Under the pieces are notes generated by a model. The model did not search any database, was not told the DNA's origin, and was given only the letters and a program-made list of their open reading frames with translations. Positions 1-9,527 of a stretch of DNA of 64,000 bases are shown one piece after another. Each line of letters begins with the position of its first letter. Position 1 is the stretch's first letter. The translations under genes and the position numbers were made by a program. The stretch spans positions 245,892 through 309,891 of the forward strand of contig CAJQIG010000001.1 of assembly GCA_905478415.1 (NCBI GenBank). Reading direction: 5' to 3'. This stretch comes from an uncultured Patescibacteria group bacterium (GTDB taxonomy: Bacteria > Patescibacteriota > Microgenomatia > UBA1400 > PJMF01).

Positions 1-556
1 TGATCACACCTATACTCCCCATTGAAGTACCAGCATCTGCAAAGATAGCGTCAGTACTAACTGCACTCCAATAGCCACCCGATGCTGCCATACCACTTAC
101 AAAACTGTAGACAGGCTTGCCTGTTGTTTCCCTGTAGGTTGCTACTCCATCCGCAATCGCTTTTGAGCCGAAAATAGTGCCTCCTGGCGAGTTTATATCG
201 AGTACAACTGCTTGAATTGAAGGATCTTGGGCAATTTCTTCTAAAGTTTCTTGTACTTCGTACCCATAGGTCACTCCAATGTCAGAAAAAACTTCTAGAA
301 ATTTTGTCTCTTCAGTCTTCTCACCTAAAATTAAACCGTGTACTTTGAGTACCATTATTTTTGCTTCTGCAGTTTCATCTCCGGCAAGGTGCTCAAAGGC
401 TCCAGCAGATGACAAAGAATCAGATCCAGAACTAGCACTGAGCACTAAAAGCACTATCAAAGCTACAAATAAGCCAAAAAGTCCTCCCATAACTGCAATG
501 TTTCCTAAAATAAATGTTTTAAAGGCAAGTTTTAAAAATGTGAGAACTTTTTTCAT
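1..556 (-). CDS. sppA: Signal peptide peptidase SppA (S49 family), 5'-partial in the window; the gene continues beyond coordinate 1
   Basis: Minus-strand translation from the ATG at 556-554 gives MKKVLTFLKLAFKTFILGNIAV, an N-terminal TM segment, then AVVLDINSPGG and GMAASGGYW. These are S49/ClpP-fold SppA motifs. The plus-strand ORF 279-569 is an antisense artefact. Confidence 0.85.
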   Translation of the reverse strand, partial: MKKVLTFLKLAFKTFILGNIAVMGGLFGLFVALIVLLVLSASSGSDSLSSAGAFEHLAGDETAEAKIMVLKVHGLILGEKTEETKFLEVFSDIGVTYGYEVQETLEEIAQDPSIQAVVLDINSPGGTIFGSKAIADGVATYRETTGKPVYSFVSGMAASGGYWSAVSTDAIFADAGTSMGSIGVI

Positions 557-574
557 AGGGTTAGTATAGCAGAA

Positions 575-598
575 TGGCGCCCGCAAAGCGGGCGCCAT
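575..598. terminator. GC-rich perfect hairpin (ATGGCGCCCGC-AAA-GCGGGCGCCAT), a putative transcription terminator downstream of the giant minus-strand gene; lies in the 5' region of sppA
   Basis: 11-bp perfect stem in an otherwise AT-rich intergenic region. No clear U-tract on either strand, so Rho-independent function is uncertain. Confidence 0.4.
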
Positions 599-627
599 CT
601 CAGATAATTCAATTAAAATATTTGAGC

Positions 628-3600
628 TTATGCTTCCTCAATAAAACCATATGCAATCAGTTTGGTGACTACACTCAGTAGAGCGGAAAGCCCAATAAAC
701 CATTTGCTGATAACCGCTAACCATGAGCCATCAACGTAACAACTTACATCTTTAAAGATGTAGAAGAGTCCAACAACGACAATGGTAATTCCAGCCACAA
801 CAATCAGTTTCAGTATGCCAGGTTCTCGGCGTAGTAGTTCAAAACCAACAATACTGAGTAGTTGTAAGACAAGTAAAATCAGAGGTAAGTAGTAAGCCCA
901 AGTGCTACATGTCGAAGCACCAAGGACTTCACCGTCTTCATCTTGAGGTTGCCCAGACTCTTCCGGTGATTGCTCGTCAGTAGTTTCATCAGTGGCATCA
1001 AGAGCGACTGTTCGTGCTCCGAGGACTCCACCCGTACCAAGGCCACCAGCTAGGTCTTCTGTGGCAGTGCCCAGGACCGCTCCATCATCTGGGGCTGGTC
1101 CGACTCTGAAGTCGACACTTGTTTGCGTGTAGTTACCAGCTGCATCAACTGCCTGGACCTTAAATGTCCAAAGACCGTCTTTCAGCTGATCAAGCTTCTG
1201 CTCAAAGGTATCTCGACTGACTGTGGTGCCATGCTCGGTACCATCTTCGTGTTTCCATGAAAGTCGGTAGTATGAGACGTCACCATCATCAGTTGGAGCT
1301 TCCCAGAGTCCATCAGCTTCTGTTGAAGTAATATTTTCAACTCTGACACTGAGTGGGTTGCCTTCTGGTTTGTCTGGATCATACTTAACTTCTTTGACTC
1401 CAACGTCTGAGACATTCCCAACAGTGTCGATTGAACGATAGTAAAGAATGTTTTGACCTTGAGATGGAGCAGTGAGCGCAGTTGAGTATGTTACCCAAGT
1501 GCCAGTAGTGCTATTCCATTGGTACTCAATGTGGTCAAGGCTGTAGTTATCACTCGCAGTGAGAGTCACCTTTGGTTCCACTGCTCGATACCAACCATTG
1601 TCACCATCAGCGACGGCTGGATCAATTGTTAAGACTACTTGTGGAATCGTTTTGTCATATACAATTTTAATAGTGTAGGTACTTTCCACGTTTCCAGATT
1701 TATCGACAGCATGAGAAGTTACGTTATAGATACCTTCTGGAACATCAGTCAGCTGATAGCTCCATGTGTCTGTACCAGTAGCTCTAAACGTAGATTCTGT
1801 AGCCACCCAAGCTGATGCCGTTGCATCCCAGTACTCGGTATCAACTTCATCGGCTCCGAAAGCTAGATGAGAGATCGAAAGGAGAACGTGATCAACTCCA
1901 GAGTTGTCATCTGTGGCTGTGCCTTCGATCAAACCACTAAAGGAAGCAGTTTCTACTTCACCACCATCGGCAAGATCATAGGTGGTGATAATGCTTTCTG
2001 GTTTGACGTTATCAACAGAAACGGTCAGCTCACTCTGAGCATAGTTTCCAGCTGCATCTTTACAAGCAGCTCTTAGCTTCCATTCTCCCGTCCAGTCGTA
2101 TGCAGACTGAATACTATCTTCGTTAGCAGTATCGAGATCCCAACTAAAGGTATTTCCTATTACGGTACCTCCATTGAGACTTGTTCTAGCAACTCGGTTG
2201 TACTGTTTTGGAGCACCATCTCGAGCATCGATAATTGTTTGACCTTCAGAAGCTTTCCACCACCAGAAGTTAACATAGGTAGACTCAGTGGTTCCGCCGT
2301 CACAGATTGCGGTCAGCGGCACAACCCCTTCTACTAAATCAGTATCCGCTGGGTTATCCCAAGTCACTACAGGAGCAGTAGTATCAAACACAACTGCATA
2401 GACGTAGGCACTATTTTCAACATTTCCTGCCACATCGGTACCAGCTGCCTTAATGTCATAGGTGCCCTCTGCACTTGGTGTCCAATGATAACTAAAGGTA
2501 TATGGTTCATCTCCAGCTGTATTAGTCAGAGTAGTAATTAATTGCCAGTTATCTGCTCCGGCAACACTGTAGTAAAGATTAACCTCAGCTACTTTGCTGT
2601 CATCGCTGGAAGAACCTTCAATTAAGATCTCAGAATTTGTTTGAGTATTATCTGTTGGAGATGTTAAGTTTGTCACCGGTACTGTCTTGTCATAGGTAAC
2701 TTCACAGAAGTTACTCCAATCAGAAAGAGGCTCACCTGTATCATACTTATTATTACTGTTTAGATCTGAGTAAGCTCTCACTCTTGTTTTATAAAGACCT
2801 TCGTTTCCACCAAATGTTCCCCATCCAGAGTAGAAATTATCATAATCATCTGAAAGTGTTGCTAATATTGACTCATTATTGGCATCACCGGAACTTGCTA
2901 ATGTTACTCTACTAGATTGACCAAGTAAAATATCATTAAGTCCACCAGGGCGTTGGTTATGTCGAATGTATTTAACATTCTCTGCAGATCCTGATACGTC
3001 AGTCCAAATTCCCGAGCTTTTCTTCGAACCATTAACGGCTACACCACAAGATAAGTATGGGGGTACTTCTGTGAGGGAACTAGTCCCCTGCTGATTAAAT
3101 CCCAAGTATTCAGGTGTACTTGGATTTGCATGAGTGAACCCAACTCCCAAATATGCTCCAGTATCATCATTTAATGTTGTTTCCCAACATGCTGAGAACT
3201 CATCTGTTGCAGATGAGGCATTGGTAACAATAACTGCATCTGAGTACTGTGAAGGAATAGCACCTCCATTAGTTTTAACTGGATGTTGTCCTAAAGCTGG
3301 CAGTGATTCAACATAACCAGTTCTCTGTACACCGCATACTCTGTAGGTGTTACCTTCATCGAGCAAGCCACTAAAGTAGTATTGACCAACTTTTGAAGTT
3401 GTTCGAGTTGTCTGTTCATCGAGGACATTCCAGCTAGAGTCATAGAGACGAACAGTAAAGTCATCTTCCATACCATCTGGATAATCTCCATCAGCGGTGA
3501 GCAACAAACCATTATTTGCTTTATCAATAAAGGTTCTACCTTGAATATATCCTAGGCAATCTCCTCCATAGGTTGGATTGTTAAGATCGCTGGTGGTTAG

Positions 3601-6600
3601 CCAAGGGCAGAATGCTGCATTTCCAGAAACTGTTTGTCCTGATCCTGGTCCATCTCCTGATGGGCCAGAAACATCTCCCCACCAATTTCGAACTGCTGTG
3701 ACTTCTTCCGTGACTGCTGAACCAACCCAAAGCCCATCTCCTCCAGCTAACTCAATACTGTTGCCAGAAACTGTTACACTTCTCGGTGGAGTACTTTCTG
3801 CACCAGAATATGTGTATACATCGACAGCATCACCTTCTATATTTGAAAATGAGTTACCCATGACATCAATACCAGTGGCTTCATTCGCAATTGCAAGCCC
3901 CCAGCTGTTGTTGTTCACAGTGTTATCTAAAATGGAAATATATGAAACAACACCGCTCCAAGCAGGTCCATAGATTGCTTCAGGAAAATCAACTACGCCA
4001 ATGGCTTGTTCATTTTCTTGAACCGTGTTGCCCCTTACTTCAACAGAACTTGTATCCACAATCAGGATTCCTGTTCCAGACCATGCTGATCCAGGCCAAC
4101 CATTTCCAGTAACCGTGTTACCTTCGACAATTCCAGTTGCACCATATCCAACTTGGATACCATTTGGAGCCCAAATAACTGAATGATCATTGGCTGGTCC
4201 AAAAACATTATTATTTCGAACTGATGCTGTTGGATCTGGAGCAGCTCCATTATCACCACTGATCGCGATACCACCGCGAGCATATTCAGTGACTGAGTTA
4301 TCAGTAATCTGTAAATCAGAAGCGCCGTATACCAGTATTCCGAATGTTTCATTTGAACCAACATGCATATTGTGAATGGTGTTTCCTGAGAGAGTACCCA
4401 AAGTATTGCGGGCTAAAACTGCAGTGGGTCGAACTCCACTTGCAGTTGATCTATCGTTTCCATCAACATCAAATCCATCAAAAGTTACCGAAATCTGATC
4501 CCCTCCAGTGACGGTGTCTCCACCCAATGTACCTCCATACATAAATACAATTGGCTCAAATGTCTTTGAAGATTCCGCAACTTTGTATCCCCTTGGAGAA
4601 TCAACACTCAAAATTTTTGGAGTTCCTGTTCCCAATAGTTCAAGGTTCTTTGCAATTACAACTTGTTCTTGATACGTACCAGCGTCAACATCAACGATAC
4701 CATCAGCACTGACTCCGTCGACAGCTCTCTGGATTTCCATCGTATCATAGACGTAGAAGTGATCACCTGCGATTGTTTCGATCGTAGAAGAAGTGTTTGG
4801 AATCCCAGCTGTTTGCAATGAAAGCGCAAAGGTCTTAGCTTCTGGCAATGTTTTTTGATAAAACACAAATTCGTCTCCACCCGGACGATGATCTGGATTT
4901 CGAACGATGTAATCAAATGCTTGAGCATCAATTCCAGTAATAGTCATTGCAAACTCATTTTGAGCATACAGAGGATTAGCTTCATTTTGAGTGAATGTAG
5001 CTCCAAGTAAAGTAATATCACTAGTTGGTCTGTTTGGTGAAGTATATTTGGAGTTATACAGAGCAATTCCACCCCAAGCATTATTTTGAGTTGTAATACC
5101 TTCAACAGTTAAATTTGATGAACCAGTGAGACTCATACCATTTCCTGAAGTTGTATTTGTCGCAGTTAAGTTTGTGAGAGTACCACCATCAACTCCGTGA
5201 ATATCAAATGGTGTTTTCTTGGCAGCATCAATTGTAATGTTTTCTAATGCTAAGTTTAAAACTAAACCTGGTGTACTGGAAACATGAATAGGATATGCAT
5301 TGCTAGGAGGTAATAATGTAAAGTTTTTCAAAGTTACATTATCAGCAGATGGGTGAATTCCATAAGAAGTTGTAAATGCTGATGCGTTTAAAACAACACC
5401 TGCTTCAGACTCACCATTTATTGTCACTGCTTTATTCACATTCAGTGTTGAAGGCAACACATACGTGCCATTCTTAACATCTACCATACCAGTTGCAGCA
5501 ACTGCAGCGAGTCCTGCTTCGACCGTTGCAAACGCATCATATCCCCAAACATGCCCATCATTAGGACCATTGAGAACATAGTCATCGTCAACCCAAACGT
5601 GGGTTGGAGCCGATGCCATATTAGTGAGCATAATTTCGTCAGCAATCACGTAGTCAGTGCCAGAAGTATTATCAACACCAGTCAGGACCATATTTGAAGA
5701 ACCATCAATACTGTACTCACCATAGTAGTACCAGTTTGACCATTGAGCTGAAGCTCCAGTGGTGGCTTGATCAGCAAGTTGTTCTTGGTTAATCACTCTA
5801 GCTTCAGTACTACTAGCGTGTGTTAAAACATACGGAGCTGCTGTAGTTCTATTTGAATGAGTAGACCAACTTATAAAAACTTTGTAGGTTCCTGGGGTAA
5901 CGGTTGTAAAATCCCAAGTAGCAGTCTCACCAGCCACAACATTAGTTGGATAGTGAACACCGGTGTTTAAGTAACCTTGAGTTGCATAGTCGATCCAAGG
6001 TGCAGAGTAAACTGCATCATCATCGGTAATAATAAAGAAAGTGAAGTGATTCAAATTTTCAGCAGTAGCTTTGCCGTCAGTTATAGATGAAGCTACTTCT
6101 CTGCCTTGTTCTAGACTTTCGATATCTTCAGCAAACACAACTTTAGCTTGTTTGTCTGTATCAGGTACCGGCAACGTCAAATCATACTCAAAACTACCAT
6201 TCTCCATAGAAGACGTAATATCATACGCAACATTGCTTAAGGCTCCAAGTGCTTCGACTTGCTCATCAGAAAGAATCACTTCTTGGATACTCAAAGTTCC
6301 AGGGTTTTCTGGAAGTGAGGTGAAGGTAACGGTAACTTGATCATTTTGTGGGGCCGTGTAGGTTACGTCTTCTGTGACAGAAGCCACCGTGAAGACACCG
6401 TTATGGTTTAGCCAGAGAGTTCCATTGGTAACGGCAAACTCAGCTGAGTAATCTGTCTGGGTAAATGTCAGAGTTCCGCGAGATACTTCATCGGGAACAC
6501 ATTCTTCTTTTGAACAAGTGCCAGCGTAGATGAGCTCTTCGAACTCACCGGTTGCGGTAGAACCAACCACAGCCTTTTCGACTGCATCATCATCAGAACC

Positions 6601-6834
6601 TTGGTACGTTAGGGTATAGTCAGCATCGTAGTTAGTCTGACCAGTCAGAGTAAATTCATGAGCATCTGCATCAAAGCCGAGAGCGATGTCAGAAACAATA
6701 ACTTCATGAGCGTCGGTAGCAGCGAACGCAGGGGTAGCAAAGAGAAAGGCGGGGGCGATGTTTTGAAACAGTACTAAGAGTATTGTCAAGATCGAGTGAA
6801 TTTTTCTCGATTTTTTTCTGAGCATTCTGAACAT
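628..6834 (-). CDS. Giant (about 2070 aa) secreted or cell-surface protein with right-handed parallel beta-helix repeats, Ig/FN3-like beta-sandwich regions and a C-terminal multi-TM anchor
   Basis: The ORF is open 628-6951; the probable start is the internal Met at 6834 (MFRMLRKKSRKIHSILTILLVLF..AFA, a signal peptide). Repeated N/G-rich beta-helix rungs occur (NNSWGLAIANEATGIDVMGNSF, ITDNSVTEYARGGIAISGDNG). The C-terminus carries hydrophobic helices (YLPLILLVLQLLSIVGF, LIVVAGITIVVVGLFYIF). Confidence 0.8.
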   Translation of the reverse strand: MFRMLRKKSRKIHSILTILLVLFQNIAPAFLFATPAFAATDAHEVIVSDIALGFDADAHEFTLTGQTNYDADYTLTYQGSDDDAVEKAVVGSTATGEFEELIYAGTCSKEECVPDEVSRGTLTFTQTDYSAEFAVTNGTLWLNHNGVFTVASVTEDVTYTAPQNDQVTVTFTSLPENPGTLSIQEVILSDEQVEALGALSNVAYDITSSMENGSFEYDLTLPVPDTDKQAKVVFAEDIESLEQGREVASSITDGKATAENLNHFTFFIITDDDAVYSAPWIDYATQGYLNTGVHYPTNVVAGETATWDFTTVTPGTYKVFISWSTHSNRTTAAPYVLTHASSTEARVINQEQLADQATTGASAQWSNWYYYGEYSIDGSSNMVLTGVDNTSGTDYVIADEIMLTNMASAPTHVWVDDDYVLNGPNDGHVWGYDAFATVEAGLAAVAATGMVDVKNGTYVLPSTLNVNKAVTINGESEAGVVLNASAFTTSYGIHPSADNVTLKNFTLLPPSNAYPIHVSSTPGLVLNLALENITIDAAKKTPFDIHGVDGGTLTNLTATNTTSGNGMSLTGSSNLTVEGITTQNNAWGGIALYNSKYTSPNRPTSDITLLGATFTQNEANPLYAQNEFAMTITGIDAQAFDYIVRNPDHRPGGDEFVFYQKTLPEAKTFALSLQTAGIPNTSSTIETIAGDHFYVYDTMEIQRAVDGVSADGIVDVDAGTYQEQVVIAKNLELLGTGTPKILSVDSPRGYKVAESSKTFEPIVFMYGGTLGGDTVTGGDQISVTFDGFDVDGNDRSTASGVRPTAVLARNTLGTLSGNTIHNMHVGSNETFGILVYGASDLQITDNSVTEYARGGIAISGDNGAAPDPTASVRNNNVFGPANDHSVIWAPNGIQVGYGATGIVEGNTVTGNGWPGSAWSGTGILIVDTSSVEVRGNTVQENEQAIGVVDFPEAIYGPAWSGVVSYISILDNTVNNNSWGLAIANEATGIDVMGNSFSNIEGDAVDVYTYSGAESTPPRSVTVSGNSIELAGGDGLWVGSAVTEEVTAVRNWWGDVSGPSGDGPGSGQTVSGNAAFCPWLTTSDLNNPTYGGDCLGYIQGRTFIDKANNGLLLTADGDYPDGMEDDFTVRLYDSSWNVLDEQTTRTTSKVGQYYFSGLLDEGNTYRVCGVQRTGYVESLPALGQHPVKTNGGAIPSQYSDAVIVTNASSATDEFSACWETTLNDDTGAYLGVGFTHANPSTPEYLGFNQQGTSSLTEVPPYLSCGVAVNGSKKSSGIWTDVSGSAENVKYIRHNQRPGGLNDILLGQSSRVTLASSGDANNESILATLSDDYDNFYSGWGTFGGNEGLYKTRVRAYSDLNSNNKYDTGEPLSDWSNFCEVTYDKTVPVTNLTSPTDNTQTNSEILIEGSSSDDSKVAEVNLYYSVAGADNWQLITTLTNTAGDEPYTFSYHWTPSAEGTYDIKAAGTDVAGNVENSAYVYAVVFDTTAPVVTWDNPADTDLVEGVVPLTAICDGGTTESTYVNFWWWKASEGQTIIDARDGAPKQYNRVARTSLNGGTVIGNTFSWDLDTANEDSIQSAYDWTGEWKLRAACKDAAGNYAQSELTVSVDNVKPESIITTYDLADGGEVETASFSGLIEGTATDDNSGVDHVLLSISHLAFGADEVDTEYWDATASAWVATESTFRATGTDTWSYQLTDVPEGIYNVTSHAVDKSGNVESTYTIKIVYDKTIPQVVLTIDPAVADGDNGWYRAVEPKVTLTASDNYSLDHIEYQWNSTTGTWVTYSTALTAPSQGQNILYYRSIDTVGNVSDVGVKEVKYDPDKPEGNPLSVRVENITSTEADGLWEAPTDDGDVSYYRLSWKHEDGTEHGTTVSRDTFEQKLDQLKDGLWTFKVQAVDAAGNYTQTSVDFRVGPAPDDGAVLGTATEDLAGGLGTGGVLGARTVALDATDETTDEQSPEESGQPQDEDGEVLGASTCSTWAYYLPLILLVLQLLSIVGFELLRREPGILKLIVVAGITIVVVGLFYIFKDVSCYVDGSWLAVISKWFIGLSALLSVVTKLIAYGFIEEA

Positions 6835-7011
6835 GCTGTCATTTCTAAGAACTCCTGCTACGGGTTCGTGTAATATGTTTAAAAAGTACGATAAGGCACA
6901 GTTTTCTCTGCCTTTGTTTTTGATCTTACTATATCGGAATAGTACGCGCAAGCTGCAAACACCTCGAGAATATGTATTAAATGTGTAAAAGGATATCTAA
7001 AGCCATCAAAA

Positions 7012-8205
7012 CTAGAAAAAACGCGCCTTCACTTTCTGCCAAACAGAGTCAGCTGGCAAATATCGCTGTACGATAACGTAGGCAATAAGAATGATTAAAG
7101 CACTAGAGATATATGGAGCATCCTTAGAAATAAGCGTAAATAACTCTCCTCCTAAAACTGGACCCAGGATTCTTCCAAGACTTGCTGATGACTGTAAAAA
7201 ACCGAGGGTGCCACCATACTCAGCTTTATCAACATTTTCTGAAGCAATTGATTGAATCGTAGGGTTAGCTAAACTATTTCCCAATACCAAGAATCCAGTG
7301 GCAATCAGTAACAACCCCACATGAGTAGAAAGTGGGATTCCCAACAAACCAATAGCTAACAGGGGTAAACTCATCTTGAAAACCGCCTTTTCACCAAATG
7401 CTTTGACTACTCTAGGCAAAACCTGCAGTTGAATAACCACTGACATGATACCAATGTAGGCAAATTGATAGCCTGTCTCAGTTGGTCCCCAACCAAACGT
7501 AGCTTGTGTCCAAAGCGCAAAAGTGCCCTGCATAGCCGAGAAAGCTAAATTGATAAGGAAAAAGACACCAATTAAAAGCCCAAGCACTGGAGTTCCCAGC
7601 GCTTCTTTGAGTTTATCTAAAGAGAAACTGGTTTGCTTTTTAGTGGCTGCTTTTTTAGTATCCACGGTCTCTTTTAAGAATAACCAAGTCGAGACTGCAG
7701 CTAGACTAGCAACAGCTGCTGCAAAGTAGGCTGGAACTGCAAACCCCCACTGTGACAAAAATCCACCAATAGCTGGACCAAAAATAAAACCAAGACCAAA
7801 GGCAGCTCCTAACATCCCCATACCCTTGGCGCGATCTTTCGGTTTCGTAACATCGGCAATATAAGCTTGAGCAATAGAAATATTTCCCCCAGTGATTCCA
7901 TCAATTATTCGAGAAAGAAAGAGCAGTGGCAAAGTATTGGCTACACCGAGTAAGAGAAAACCAGCAACAGTACCCAACTGTGAGATAAACAGTAGCTTCT
8001 TGCGACCAAATCTATCAGATAACCTACCCATAATTGGTGCGGAAATAAATTGAAAGAATGAGTATGCAGAAGCCAACATTCCAATTTGCAATGGCGTGGC
8101 ACTAAATCGTTCTGCAATGTACGGGAGCAACGGTAAAATTAATCCAAACCCAAGGAGGTCGATGAAGACTATTAGAAAGATCGTGAGTAAGCCTTTATTT
8201 TTCAT
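7012..8205 (-). CDS. MFS transporter (drug:H+ antiporter-like)
   Basis: 12 predicted TM segments. MFS motif A G-x-L-S-D-R-x-G-R-K (MGRLSDRFGRKKLL) follows TM2. Confidence 0.8.
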   Translation of the reverse strand: MKNKGLLTIFLIVFIDLLGFGLILPLLPYIAERFSATPLQIGMLASAYSFFQFISAPIMGRLSDRFGRKKLLFISQLGTVAGFLLLGVANTLPLLFLSRIIDGITGGNISIAQAYIADVTKPKDRAKGMGMLGAAFGLGFIFGPAIGGFLSQWGFAVPAYFAAAVASLAAVSTWLFLKETVDTKKAATKKQTSFSLDKLKEALGTPVLGLLIGVFFLINLAFSAMQGTFALWTQATFGWGPTETGYQFAYIGIMSVVIQLQVLPRVVKAFGEKAVFKMSLPLLAIGLLGIPLSTHVGLLLIATGFLVLGNSLANPTIQSIASENVDKAEYGGTLGFLQSSASLGRILGPVLGGELFTLISKDAPYISSALIILIAYVIVQRYLPADSVWQKVKARFF

Positions 8206-8323
8206 AAGAAGTTGTCAGTATACTCTCCGATTCTTTATTTTTCTAGCGTTTAAATATTCTCTCGTTGCTATCTCTGTTGATTACGGTACTATGTAAATCA
8301 CACCTATACACAGGAATTTTTTA

Positions 8324-8716
8324 ATGCATTACAATTCACTAACTCCAGAAGAAAAACAGGTCATTGTTGCTGCTGAAACCGAGTATCCCTACTCTGGCGA
8401 GTACGAAGATTTTTTTGAAGCTGGTACCTTTATCTGTAAACGCTGTAATAATCCATTGTACTCTTCCCAAGCAAAGTTCAATGCACATTGTGGCTGGCCA
8501 TCTTTTGAGAGTTGTTTTCCCGATGCCATTCTTGAAGAGCTCTCTGACGATGGCCGAACGGAGATAACCTGCGCCAACTGTACTGCCCACTTGGGTCATA
8601 TCTTTAGAGATGAAGGCTTCACCAAGGCTAACGTCCGCCACTGCACGAACTCTCTTTCCATTCGTTTTATTCCAACAGGTGAAGACCTCCCACCAACTAT
8701 TAATGAGAACCAGTAA
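8324..8716 (+). CDS. msrB: Peptide methionine-R-sulfoxide reductase MsrB (SelR), soluble form
   Basis: CxxC...CxxC zinc motifs (CKRCNNPL, CANCTAHLGH), CGWPSF, HLGHIF and the catalytic-region RHCTNS. This is the classic SelR signature. Confidence 0.85.
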   Translation: MHYNSLTPEEKQVIVAAETEYPYSGEYEDFFEAGTFICKRCNNPLYSSQAKFNAHCGWPSFESCFPDAILEELSDDGRTEITCANCTAHLGHIFRDEGFTKANVRHCTNSLSIRFIPTGEDLPPTINENQ

Positions 8717-8775
8717 ACAATCCCGAAGGCACCCCCAACAACCCATTGTGACTCAATTCGACAACCTCTCCCTTT

Positions 8776-9345
8776 TTGCTTTATCATGGAAATATGTCCA
8801 AAAACATCCTGTTTAATACATACTTTCTTGTTACTGTACTATTTATAGTACTTTTGATGAGTTTTTTTACTTACAGATCAGCTACAACTAATCTAACTGA
8901 CACAGTACCGACTAAAACTAATGATCTCTTAAAATCAAAACTCACCAAAATGCAGTACTACGTCACCCAAGAAAATGGGACTGAACCCGCTTTTCAAAAT
9001 AAGTACTTTGACAGTAAAAAACCAGGTATTTATGTTGATGTTGTTTCTGGCCAGCCACTCTTTTCTTCCACAGATAAATATGACTCAAGTACCGGCTGGC
9101 CGAGCTTTACCAAACCAATTGATCAAAGTGCGGTGACCCAACACAAAGATACTCTACTGGGTGTTGAACGAATTGAGATTAGATCGACGAAGGCTGACTC
9201 ACACCTTGGTCACCTCTTTGACGATGGGCCCGCCCCCAGCAATAACAGGTACTGCATTAACTCAGCGGCACTGCGCTTCGTTCCTAAAAATGAATTAGAG
9301 GCTGAAGGCTATAGTGAGTACCTCCAGCTCTTTGTAAACTCCTAG
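8776..9345 (+). CDS. msrB: Second MsrB paralogue with an N-terminal membrane anchor or signal (secreted or membrane-tethered MsrB)
   Basis: [16 protein letters not shown] and [11 protein letters not shown] motifs. N-terminal hydrophobic segment [20 protein letters not shown]. An alternative start at 8794 (MSKNIL) is possible. Confidence 0.8.
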   Translation: MLYHGNMSKNILFNTYFLVTVLFIVLLMSFFTYRSATTNLTDTVPTKTNDLLKSKLTKMQYYVTQENGTEPAFQNKYFDSKKPGIYVDVVSGQPLFSSTDKYDSSTGWPSFTKPIDQSAVTQHKDTLLGVERIEIRSTKADSHLGHLFDDGPAPSNNRYCINSAALRFVPKNELEAEGYSEYLQLFVNS

Positions 9346-9455
9346 CTGTTAACTACAAAAAACTGTACTCGAAACAACTTACTAATTTCCTGCTGATAAA
9401 ATAATAACCACTTGGTATAATGTGTCTTCTCGCAAACTCTTAACAGCGAGTACTT

Positions 9456-9527
9456 GGCCCCATCGTCTAGTGGTTAGGACATCAGGTTCTCATCCTGGTA
9501 ACCGCAGTTCGATTCTGCGTGGGGTCA
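9456..9527 (+). tRNA. tRNA-Glu (anticodon CUC), 72 nt plus a genomically encoded CC
   Basis: Hand-folded cloverleaf: acceptor GGCCCCA/TGGGGTC (one G-U pair); D-stem GTCT/GGAC; anticodon stem TCAGG/CCTGG with loop TTCTCAT (U33, anticodon CTC, A37); T-stem CGCAG/CTGCG with T-loop TTCGATT; discriminator A. Confidence 0.85.

Noticed and set aside
279-569. 96-aa plus-strand ORF
   Set aside because: It lies entirely antisense to the clearly coding sppA gene (strong S49 motifs on the minus strand). Low-complexity product with no RBS.
1182-6340. Numerous 60-130-aa ORFs on both strands inside 628-6951
   Set aside because: They are nested within the continuous 6.3-kb giant-protein reading frame. They are typical frame-shadow ORFs.
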